DNA of 55,675 bases, filler included, from Trypethelium eluteriae (Eukaryota), in the NCBI GenBank assembly GCA_051942245.1. It is 3 parts of 3 records of this genome, joined end to end, with 100 filler letters (N's around TTAATTAATTAA, not from the genome) between each part and the next. Parts side by side here need not be neighbours in the genome. Positions count along the whole stretch, not along the records: positions 1 to 18,522 come from JAVECL010000558.1; 2 more parts are not named here. One strand, 5' to 3'. The position numbers and the translations under genes were made by a program. Shown here piece after piece: positions 1-10,749 of the stretch. Each line of letters starts with the position of its first letter. Position 1 is the first letter of the stretch. Below the pieces are notes generated by a model. It saw only the letters and a program-made list of their open reading frames with translations. It was not told where the DNA came from and searched no databases.

Positions 1-240
1 ATTGAGGATTGTGTGTTGAGGTGTGAGAGGCAGACTCTGCATCGACTGCCTGAGACGGGGGCGCTGGTGTTTGCGTTCAAGACGTATCAGTATGAACTTG
101 GAGATGTGAAGCGGGAGGGAAATGGCGAGGCGTTGGCGCAAGCGATCGAGGGGCTGAGGGCAGGGAGCGTGCCGAGTATCAATGTGTACAAGAGAGGTGC
201 TGTGTGGGGAAAGAAGGTTAAGGAATATCTAAGGACATAA
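1..240 (+). CDS. 3' end of DUF3445 / HRQ-family protein (heme-dependent oxidative N-demethylase alpha-like), partial
   Basis: Frame open from base 1: IEDCVLRCERQTLHRLPETGALVFAFKTY...YKRGAVWG, matching the LRxERQTLxRLP C-terminal motif of the family; TAA at 238-240. Confidence 0.8.
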   Translation: MEDCVLRCERQTLHRLPETGALVFAFKTYQYELGDVKREGNGEALAQAIEGLRAGSVPSINVYKRGAVWGKKVKEYLRT

Positions 241-940
241 GAATTTAATTGTGAGTTCTCCAGAAGCTGCGAAGTGAATATTGCAGTACTATATACATGT
301 ACCTAGGGAGTTGGTGTACATAATAAAGTGCTGAGGAGCACCCCGTAGAAGAATAGGCGTTATACGAAGATGCGCCGCCGATCCAGCGTACGATACGCAA
401 AAAGCCTTCGGTAGGCGGGCTCTTGACATTTCGTGGCAAAAAGGGAGTCTGAATAGAACAGTAGAGATGTCACGTCTGTAGCTGGTACGCACGCTAAGTA
501 TAAATAGCCTCTCCACCGGAGAATTAGTGTTAGCATATTTGTTCCAAGGATCTAATACATTTGCATAGTAAGGTAGGTAGGCACCCATCTCGGCACTACT
601 TATGCTACTCTACCATACATCTCGCCTCGGTTCGCTAAAACTTTTTAATTACTTCGAGACCATAAGTAGAAAAGAGCAATCAGCGCCGCTCCAAGCTTTT
701 ATGATCAAGACTGGCACTTGGTGTTACGGGACTGCGTGAGGACTATTATACACATTAGGTTGTAAGCTACTTTCTATTCACTTGCCTGACGACCGTGACA
801 TTTGAGTGAATACCACTATCCTGCCAAAGTTTAAATCAAGCTAGGGTCACGATTTAGTGGGTTACCTGAGAGGCGTTTCTTCAAGTGCCCTGATGGGAAA
901 AACTTCATCGTGATAATCATCACGAGCTCACCTAGCTTTG

Positions 941-1907
941 ATGGCTATGAATTCTACCACTCACGTTTTGGCAATTCCCGAACTTCTTGAACAAGTTCTT
1001 CTACATCTACCACCTCAAAGAGTACTGCAATGTCAAAGGGTATGCCATACCTGGAAATCTGTAATCAACACATCTCATGCTCTTCGTCGGCTGCTTCGGT
1101 ACGAACCATGGCCACAAAAGCAGAACACCACTAGCTCAGGTCAGCTTCCTCTGCTCAATCCGCTCCTGTCGTACTTGGGCTTTTTTTGCGGTGGACCCAA
1201 GGATGTGGGGGGCGAAGGAACAGACGCGGAGACCTTCTTGGAGGAGTTGACGCTTCAGGTCAAGGACAGGCGTGGGCGGATTCCTCCGAATTTGTCCAAT
1301 ATCGGCAACCCCCAGCGGCATCCATGTCGAGAGATGTTTTTGCTTCTCCATAATCGGCTCGACGATACGCCAGGGTCATGGACCACTATGCTGGCCACGC
1401 AAACCCCTCGCTGTCGTATTGAGGTCAATATGCCCAGATGGGAAGTCAATAATGACGACGCGTACTACATCATCACATCTGCACACTCTGATGGACTACG
1501 GCTAGGGGGAACTTGTGGCTACCCTGGCAGAATGCCAGGAAAGACAAGATTGCGGGATTGACAAACGGGATACCCCCAGCTATCTCGCGGCGTTCCTAAG
1601 GCCTCTGCATGAGACTATGTGGGGCAGCGAAATTGAATACGACAACCTAAAGAAGGCGCTTGGACTCGTGGAAACCGACGCAGACACAAAGGTTGTTTAC
1701 TGGGAAGGATGGTTCGGCGAAAGCCCGGCGTTTTCGTTAAAGCGAAAGGTGGAGATGGCAAATGGCGACTTGTGCACGCCAGCTGGAGCAATCAGCTTTC
1801 GGCTTACCAAGCAGGACTACGATTTAGATTTCCTCCACTTTATGCGATGGTCAGACTGTGAGCCCAAGCTCGAGCTTGATATCTATCGTCATCAATTGAT
1901 TGACTGA
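941..1907 (+). pseudogene. F-box protein split by a +1 frameshift in a G5 run (pseudogene or homopolymer error)
   Basis: N-terminal F-box VLAIPELLEQVLLHLPPQRVLQCQRVCHTWKSVI. Removing one G at 1505-1509 gives GLRLGELVATLAEC and joins ORF 938-1561 to ORF 1515-1907 (about 321 aa). Confidence 0.75.
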
Positions 1908-3130
1908 GAGTGACCTCGTCCCAATTTCGATGTGACTAATCTCCACGAAATTTCGCTGGTCAAAGCCACATTCCTTGACGTCGATTTTCATACATAGAAG
2001 TTACAGTCATAGTTTTTATGGCAAATTTCAACATGATTGGACGCTACTGATTGCAGCATTAAGCCTAGGGCCAGTTAGATTTTGACGATGGAAATGTGCA
2101 ATAACCCAGATAGAGTGGCCTTCAAGAAATGGAAGGGAAACGACCCGATAGCTAGAAGAACGCAGGTGATAGAGACATTTATGACAACATGTAAGGCGGA
2201 GTCCAAGTGAGCTGCGGTAGCACAATTGCCGAAGAATAGCTAGGTAACTATGTCGTTGGGTTTTATACAAGACTAACGTCCCAATGGAATTCAGTGGCAT
2301 AATGATGACCGATGTGAAGGACGCCAAACCGAGCGTGGTCTCTCGGCGGGATAGTTAGCCCCGAAAAGCGTTCGCTTTCTTTCTATCAAGGTCATCCTGA
2401 AGAAACGAAGGACAAAGTGGAGCCCTTATTGCAAATCCACAATGATTCTCTCGATTTGCGGGTAAGACGCTGCTACTTGCGGTTTCCGCCGAATTCCTGC
2501 CCTCAAAAGGGAGGGGTATTGATCAAAGAGCCGCGAGCTTCATCTAGCTGTATATTTAGGTCCAGTTCGTGTTCCCAGCCGTCTCCACCTTTAGCCAGAG
2601 ATCTCGTCAGGAGGAAGTTTGGAAAAGTCGCTCACATCGAAGCTCTTTCAAAATCGATTAGAAGGCTAGAAGCCCCCAAATTATTGACTGCAGTCGAATC
2701 GCTCTCAGGAAAGTCCGTCCTGATCTGCGCCAGAGCGATCTCGTTCGTATTTTGCTGAATTTCGTAGAATATCTCAATGCAAATGTTGAAACCCCCCTTG
2801 AATGCCTAATTGAAGAGTTGACAAGCTACTTCCCGCTCATCCCAAACACGGAGGAGATGGTTATGCAAATTCATGGCCGTAAATAGAATAATTAATACAG
2901 CGAGGCGGGGCGAAGCACTGTCGTCAGTGGCCAAAAAAACCCCGCCTTGAAGTCACCGTAGCGGTTTTCTCTTCTGTCAATCCTGATCCTGCAGTCTGAG
3001 GAAGGTAAATGATAGTGATAGTTGCTCGCAGCCGGCTTCGGCTGGTAGACTATTTGCCGAGCAGGTACGTTAGCACGGATCATAGTGTTCAGAAGTCGTC
3101 GGCCCATTTTGCGCCCGGGCTCCACCAAAA

Positions 3131-6100
3131 TTAAGTCGACGAATTTGCGTCTCTAATTTGCTCTTTTCGCTCAAGCACTTGGCCAAAGAGATTCGAGATG
3201 GTTTCCATACTAGATTTATCCTTAAGATTTGGCCAAAGTGATGGACGTGCAGTATCTGTTTCATTGTTTCTGGAGATTAATGGAGTAGCCGGATGACCGC
3301 TCTTGACGAATTCATCGGTGAGTTGGTTTTCAGGTTGCGTGTCTGTCCATGGGTGGAAATCTGTGGCTTCTATAGCGTGTCGAGTAAGCACATAGTCCAA
3401 TGGTTAAAGATGTATTCAACGCCAAACAAACGTGTGCACTCACCGCCATTCGGATAGCTTCTTGCTTCTAGGGGTATCTCAAGCGTAGAACCCCTGCTTC
3501 GATCCTGATACGCTCTTAAACGAGGTTCTTGGGCTTGTTCCTGATCTCTTGAGGATTTTTTGGGTTGCCCTTGAGGGACCGTCAGATCAGCGGGTTGCTG
3601 TGGTATGGAGTCCGGAACAGACAATTTTCTCCTCGGTACTCTTCGGAAAACTTCAGGAATGAAAGTCAATGCCTCGATCATATGGATTTCTTGTGAATGC
3701 CGCTTTTTCGCAGCTGCTGTTGGGAAACCTATAACCGAATAGGCACATGAAGGCTCTTCACACCTGAATCGAGGGGCATGAATGGCTGCATGTCTATCGA
3801 GCTCTTCCACCGATCGGAAACCGAAGCTTGAGTAACGGCACGAAGGTAATTCGCAGAGAAAGGCCGACGGCCCAAAACAAGCCTTAAAATGACATAGAGA
3901 TTTAGCGCTTAGACCATCAATGTGCTCAGCCCGAAGAATGCAATGAACGATGTCGTCGTATTTTCGAAGTATCCGATGATGGATCGACAGAGTTTGGACA
4001 ACATCGAGATCTGTACCAATATCTACGTTAGACCATTCCTATGTGATGACCGTGTAAGCGACGTACTATCACGATCTCGATACTGGCACTTTGCTTCCTC
4101 CCTGGACATTAGAATACATCGAACCATGTCCTGCAGGTCGGGGGATCCCACAAGTAGCTTCAGCTGGGCCTCGAGCTTTACGCTTGCTGGGCCACAAGGC
4201 TTGAAGGGAACAATACGGTGTACAACCTGCCAATATATTTTATGTACTTGACATAAAGCTGTCAGCTGCACGATCAACGGTGTCAAGGCATCAGAAGTGA
4301 GGCCTGGATCTAGAGCGGCGTAGTCGAGGAGGTGCTCATGCCAGAAAGCATGGCAGTAATGCTGCAGTGAATGGAAGCCTTCCCCAACTAGAATCATGCA
4401 GAATTGGTAAGAATTGGCAGGGTCAATGAGTTCATAGCTTTTCTTCAAATACGTAGTACAAGCGAAGAGAATGCTGCTCTGAGCAGCCCTTATAGAGAGG
4501 GCTGGCCCGCTAATCTCATTTCGTAGGTATCTGTAAGAATCAGCGGCTATGGTGGTACGTGGTCCAATTTAAACTACGTACTCACTAACAGATGAGTGTA
4601 TAAATACTATAGTTTGCTGCGGGCCTTGTTCGATGAGGGGGCGACAGATGTCGTAGACATTGCGCAGTGGTCTCGTCTCAAAATCGAATTCCGTATTTTC
4701 AGTGTGGAGTGTGACCCCATGCTGAAGCTCGTAAGATCTCAATGGTCGTTTCGCAAACGTAATCCAACTAAGTACTCGGAAAGCTCTTGCACATTCCTCG
4801 GTTGTGCATTGCGACCGTATGTCTAGAAGGATGCGGTGATATACATCCCCTAGTTCCCTTGGTAACGAGCTCACGGCGTTGTTCAGAGCCCGGATGCTAT
4901 CCGCACGCTCAAGGGTTGTGAGAATGAGCCGCACCCAGAGAAACATTCCTGCAGAATGTAGCGTAAGCCGTTGTGGCTGTAGCAGTCCATACCAAGATGT
5001 ACCTCTTACCGTTGGCTTTTTGGACCAGGCTAGTCTCTATCTGATTTCGCACACTATGCTCGATAACGCAGTCTGATTCGTTCTGAAGCGTTTCGAACAC
5101 TTCTGAAATACCAGACTGTACAAAAATCCGGATTGCACTGTCAATGTAGTCCCTCTCTGCGCTCAGTGAGATGACTGGGAACTTCGTGAAGGCCCGAGTG
5201 AGATGCGGCAATTCTCTGCTTGATATCAGAAGTCTGTGGGGGGAGCCTTGGCTAGAGGATGACACCATTGATTGGAACTCGATTAAAATCTTCTTGGCGT
5301 GGCGTGCGTCCCATTCGTCGATCCCGTCGATAACAATTCGAACATTGTCGAGAGTCGACAGTAATTTTCTGAGAACCTCTGAAAGAACTTGATTGGAAGC
5401 AGCCTTATTCTCACTAACGTACTCATCGTAAATGAAGGATGATAGTGATCTATCCGCTTCAAGCAGTTGAGAACAGAAAGATCTCTGGATGGCGTTGAGA
5501 CTATTCACATGCTTTGAACGGAAGTTGTTGCAGAAATAGTATATTACCGTGGCCATAGAATCCATTTTTAAGAATCGTATGACACTGGCGCACAATACCG
5601 TCTTTCCTGGAAAGCTCATTAGATGTTAAGCTTCGTCAGGATCAACGAGTGCCCACCTGATCCTGGCTTGCCCTTAAGCCAAAGGTTGTATTTTTCGTTG
5701 TCTGATTGCATCCAAGCTCTCATCTTCGGATGGCGTGTGAGCCAGCTACAGGTACCCGGGTGACACCTATCGATTTGCTCGTTTAGCTCATCATGCTGAA
5801 GGAAGTCGCCAGAATCGAGCCATGACATGACTGATTGGCATTGTCTTGTAATGATTTCTTTTTCCTGACGGAGAGCACTCTGTAGAGCCGATTCCCTCCA
5901 TGCTTTTGCCTCCGCTATATGGATTGCAACGGCCTCCTTGTCGACAAGATCTGTATGCCTTGATAGACTGTCCAGAATAGATTGGAAATGTGTGTGAAAT
6001 CTAGTCCAAGAAGAATTGAAAAAAAGCCTCCACCCTAGGATATTCCAACATCAGTGCTAGGGACATTGAGCTGGCAGGGGCTGGTTATGTACCTTTCCTC

Positions 6101-6665
6101 CGGAAAAACTTGTATGCACGCTCATGGAATAGTAGGATATCTGAGTAGACGCCCGCCAATACTTGCTGAAAGTCATGGCTGTCTCTGAATGCGGTTGCCA
6201 ATCGATCGAGCCGTGGAAGGCAGTCCGTTATCTGTGCGTAGGCTTGAACGAGTCTTTCAATTGCACTGGTGAAGTCTGACGCCAGATGTAGCATAAGCCT
6301 CAAAGGCGCCTCCAGGAGCATCAGTCAACATTGTGGTATGAGCTGGAGCATTAGCCACTTACCCAGATCCATGGTAGATAGGGCGTGCCGTTGCAGAGAA
6401 TCTCCATTTCTTTCGAGTATTGCAGCAGCCAATTGAAGAACGGCTCCAGACGCCGCATGTAGCGAAGCTCTCTCCGAGCACCGAGTTGGTTTTCAACATC
6501 TCGAGCCGTTTCATAGACATCTTTGAGTTTCGTCGAGTTGAACAGTCGCTGATCGTCTTTCGAAATCGAATTTTGGAGCCGCTCAAACGCTTCGTTTATC
6601 GAGGTTTGCGCCTGACGAGAAGGACGGAGTCGTCGGCCGCTGGAACTTCGGTCATTGTAGCTCAT
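3131..6665 (-). CDS. NACHT (fungal STAND/NLR-like) NTPase with two C2H2 zinc fingers and a C-terminal Med12-like segment, about 1043 aa, 8 exons
   Basis: Manual exons 6665-6363, 6309-6093, 6034-5657, 5606-5010, 4948-4582, 4530-4067, 4010-3444, 3369-3131; all GT-AG, 3132 nt in frame. Walker A LWLKGKPGSGKT, Walker B IVIDGIDE, ANGMFLWVRL, AKRPL; zinc fingers CELPSC..RHAAIH and CEEPSC..RHSQEIH. Confidence 0.88.
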
Positions 6666-7035
6666 TGCCCTGCCAGTGCCTGCCAAACCGGACCTCTTCA
6701 CAAACCATCGCGTTCTGCAAAGGACGTTAAAGCGAAAGCTTTTCTATTAAGGCATGTCCACGTCACTCACGTGAATCAGCCTTTGACGGGTATGCCTGGC
6801 CGTAATGTTCTGCAGCCTCACTGTACGTAATCAGTGTTTGGACTAGAAAAAAAAGCAAGAGTGCGCCTCGCAAGGCGCATTCGGCCCAGTGGGGCATGGG
6901 ACCGCGTATTTTACAAAGGCCTTGCGCTTCTTTCTTATACCTTGTGATCTGACCTACAGTAGTTCCTGGCATTGCACGTTTGTAAAGCTGACTTTATGTT
7001 TGCCTACCCTGTTGGCACTACTCCTCGCCTAGAAT

Positions 7036-10000
7036 ATGCTATCGCAAGATGCCAGTCAACCTCTTGTAGCATCTGACCGGTCTCCAAAGCGTCGCCGACT
7101 GGAGGTTGCTTCCCTAGGCAACCGGGACGTTGGTCACTCTGACAGATATTCTCAAGATGCATCTCGTGAAGCCCTCCGACCCATCGAGCCCTCGGGAAGC
7201 CTGAGCACCGCAAGGCCGAGCGAATCCATTGCCCATTCTGCAATGAACCAGGCACCTTCCCAAGAACCACAAGTTCTTCACCAGGGCCCACCATCTTCTG
7301 AAGAATGGGTTTGCTTCGGAATGGTATGTGTCAGCTGTTGCAAGTTCTGCTCCTTTACTGATGTCTGAAGATCAACGATCTGCAGTTCGAGCCCCAGCTT
7401 GCTGACATTGCAGAAGGTAGCTTTGCTGTGGAAATTGACGACATAGGGCAGATATTAACCCAAGCAAATTCCGTCATCGGCAAATTTAGTGAGCGTCAAT
7501 TTCCAGTGTTTGAGTCTTTACTCGGTCGCTCTGATGTTCAGCTGCAGTCCTTTTGTCAAGGCGGCTTTCATTTTGCTCTTCCAAAAGCAAGCCAGCAGTA
7601 CTACAAAAAGACAACATTGAATGTCATTATTTATGGCACATTAAGTCTTTCAGATGCAGTCGGTGATCTGTTTGGCCAGAATGGTCTCTATCTGCAGGAT
7701 CCGGTTGGCTGTTGTCGCTCTATTCGATATGCAAATCCCCACCGTTTATCATTTCTTGATCAAGGGGGTTCATGGACCTCAATGACTCAAATCGATGCTC
7801 CTGAACAGGTCGAGTACGTGACGAATCTTGTCGACTTCTTCAGTGGGTTTGAAAGTGGATTAGACCTCCCGGAGACCGAAGCTGCTCCTCTGGTGCGGAC
7901 TTCTCTATTCAGGTCAGCTTTGCGCTTCCCTTTCCTGGAGCAGAGGCTGACTTAGCTGAAGGCATCAGCGACAGGCTTTGACTTTTCTAATGGAAAGAGA
8001 AAAGGGATGGAATTTGCATGCCCCAGGGCAAGACATATGGACCCGTCAAGAACGTAATGGAGGCTTCGTCCAGTAAGTGACACCTTCACTCCAACCACCA
8101 AGCGGTGTTTGAACAACGCTATAGACCGTCACGCTGGCGTCTCCAGGACGGTGTGGGTACGGAGCTTATGATTGTCAGATACCTTAACAATGTTACCGGG
8201 CTACATCAGTCCGAACCTCCTCCGCCGTTTTCTGGGGGGGTTCTTGCTGACCATATGGGATTGGGCAAGTCGTTGACCATGATAGCTTTGATCGCATCCG
8301 ACGTCACTTCACACCAACGAGTTGCTAACATTGGAGCTGTCTTGGCAGCTCAGCCTGCCAACAAGGTCTCTCTCTTGATTGTGCCATCAACACGTAAGTG
8401 TGCAGCACTTCTGACTTGGGAGAAATTCTGACCGACTCCTAGTCATTATCTCGTGGGAAGCTCAGATTGGAGAGAACGTTTCGAAGTCTAGGGTCAAGGT
8501 CAATTAGCTAATGAGAGACAGGCACCTCGCGCACCGATCGATCATGCTCCGAAGGCATCACGGCAAGTCGCGCCTGCAGACCTCTCAGGAGATATCTGAT
8601 TGCAACATCGTCATTTCCTCCTATGAAACCATTGCATCCGAGTGGAGACGCAACGGTGCGAAGGAAAATCCAATCTTCTCCTTTCAATGGCGCCGTATAC
8701 TTCTTGACGAAGGTAATTTTCGCTCATCAACACTCTGCGCGCAATGCTGAGATTTGCTGTAGCGCATAACATCCGCAATATGAATACGATCACAGCGCAA
8801 GCCGTGTGTGCACTCAAAGCAAGTTCACGCTGGGTAGTCACCGGCACACCCATTCAGAACAAGCTCTCAGACCTGGCAAGTCTACTACAATTTCTTCAGA
8901 TCTACCCATACTGTGACCGAAAATCCTTTGCACGCGACATCACTCGGACATGGAAAGAAAGTGCCGAGGACCTTGCCATTGATAGACTCAAGAAACTTCT
9001 TAAATTTATCATGCTTCGCCGAAGCGCGAGTACTATCGAGCTGCCACCAAGAAGGGACACGATAATACAGCTTCATTTCAGCTCAGAGGAGAGAAGAGCA
9101 TATGAAACTGTAAGAGCTCAAACGATTCGAGAAATTGATAGACAGCTATACGACACGTGGTCTGAGAGCTCTTCTTTTTCTTACGTCAACGCCCTACAAC
9201 GCGTCACTGCCTTGCGTAAGATTTGTAGTCTTGGGGTCGGATCTGTTCCTGCTGCAGTCGACGCTCAGGAATCACATATGAGCCAAGCCTTTACTAAGTG
9301 GTGTCTTAATACTGCGATAGAGGCGTTCAATAACATGCTTACCGTTGGGGGCGCTGTTTGCTCAAACTGCTTCGAAGATCTGGAGGAGCTGGATAGAGAA
9401 TTCCAAACATCCTCCGCTGGGAGCCCCAAACGACCTTGGCTGACTGAATGCCTAAATCTTCTATGTGGGAAATGCGTGGCACCTTCATGCCTTGGCCTCG
9501 CCTTCCAGTACTGCAGTCACAACCCACCTTGTCCCGCCGTGGAACTGTCTACTACGCCATCGACGGGTCTGCAAACCAGATATTCTGAGCACCTATTGCC
9601 AGACATGAATTGCTGGCCTACTAAGGTCAAAGCGTTAAAAGAGGATCTCAGCCGTCTTGGCGATGAGAAAGCTATAGTCTTTTCATGTTGGACTTCAACG
9701 CTCGACGTAATTGAGGTTGCACTTGGTGCAACAGGCGTAAAATATGCTCGAATAGACGGAAAGGTCACACAAAAGGACAGGGTGATTGCTTTGGCTCAAT
9801 TCGACAAAGATCCCAACACCAGAGTTTTGCTTCTCTCAATGTCCTGCGGTGCCGTTGGCTTGAACTTGACTGTGGCATCACGCGCATATTTGTTTGAGCC
9901 TCACTGGAATCCGACCATGGAAGAGCAGGCTCTGGCACGTATCCATCGGATTGGCCAAACGAGAGCAGTTACGACTATACGCTATATTATGAAGGACTCG

Positions 10001-10132
10001 TACGAGGAACATGTCGTTAAGGTACAAGATCGGAAGAAGTCATTGGCTGAAATTTTACTCTCGCAGGGTAAAGCATCAGAAAAAGATTTGACCCTTAGTC
10101 GACTCCATCATCTACGATCGCTCCTTGTTTAA
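7036..10132 (+). CDS. SNF2-family (Rad5/Rad16/HLTF-like) helicase/ATPase with a RING-like Cys insert, multi-exon
   Basis: GGVLADHMGLGKS, spliced LLDEAH, VTGTPIQN, Cys cluster CSNC..CLNLLCGKC, GAVGLNLT, EPHWNP, QALARIHRIGQ. One intron (8474-8521) appears to begin with GA rather than GT. Confidence 0.88.
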
Positions 10133-10439
10133 TGCCACTTCAAAACATGAGTGGATATTTGGGACGGTTGTTCCTGTAAAGTTTTTACCCAGATTGGGCA
10201 AACCCTTGAAACGGTGTGCCTAATGGCGGAAAAGCTGCGAAAAGTTACGAAAAGAATGTAGTTTTACTAAACTTGAATTGGATTAGCCGGCCTGAGTCAC
10301 TTGAGTTGGCCCAAGTCCCTAGCATTATAAATTTGTGAAAATCTCTATCGTATTTTAGACTAGGCTTAGATACTTCACTTATAAGTTTTCTTTATTTTTC
10401 TTAAGATAGGTTTTATGTTGTAATGCAATTAATTAGCTA

Positions 10440-10617
10440 CCTTGCCGCGGAGGGGGGGTTCCTCAACTGGTAATTAATATAATGCAATTTTGACGTTGTT
10501 ATGACCTTGTTGGCCCTTGTTAACACCGCCTTAAAATAGGCTAACATGGTCATGACAGTTAAATTGAGGTAACATTGTGCTAATTACCAGTTGAGGAACC
10601 CCCCCTCCGTGGTAAGG
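10440..10617. mobile_element. MITE / fold-back element, about 178 bp, with about 45-bp TIRs and TA flanks (Tc1/mariner-like)
   Basis: Left CCTTGCCGCGGAGGGGGGGTTCCTCAACTGGTAATTAATATAATG versus reverse complement of right CCTTACCACGGAGGGGGGGTTCCTCAACTGGTAATTAGCACAATG. TA at 10438-10439 and 10618-10619. All TIR mismatches are transitions; flanks are AT-rich. Confidence 0.85.
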
Positions 10618-10749
10618 TAGTACTTAGAACTTCTATTTAAAAAAATTTACTTTATATTTAAGTTAAAGTTATGAGAGGAGTATCCTTCCCTCAAGAGATG
10701 CCAGAATCTGGAGATCTAGAAGATATCTTAAGATCTGGGACACGTGTAT

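Noticed and set aside
2892..3128. GRRLLNTMIRANVPARQIVY as a continuation of the Med12-like region
   Set aside because: Only faint similarity, a different frame after the stop, and the intervening FKPPPRVT block is missing; cannot be supported without alignment.
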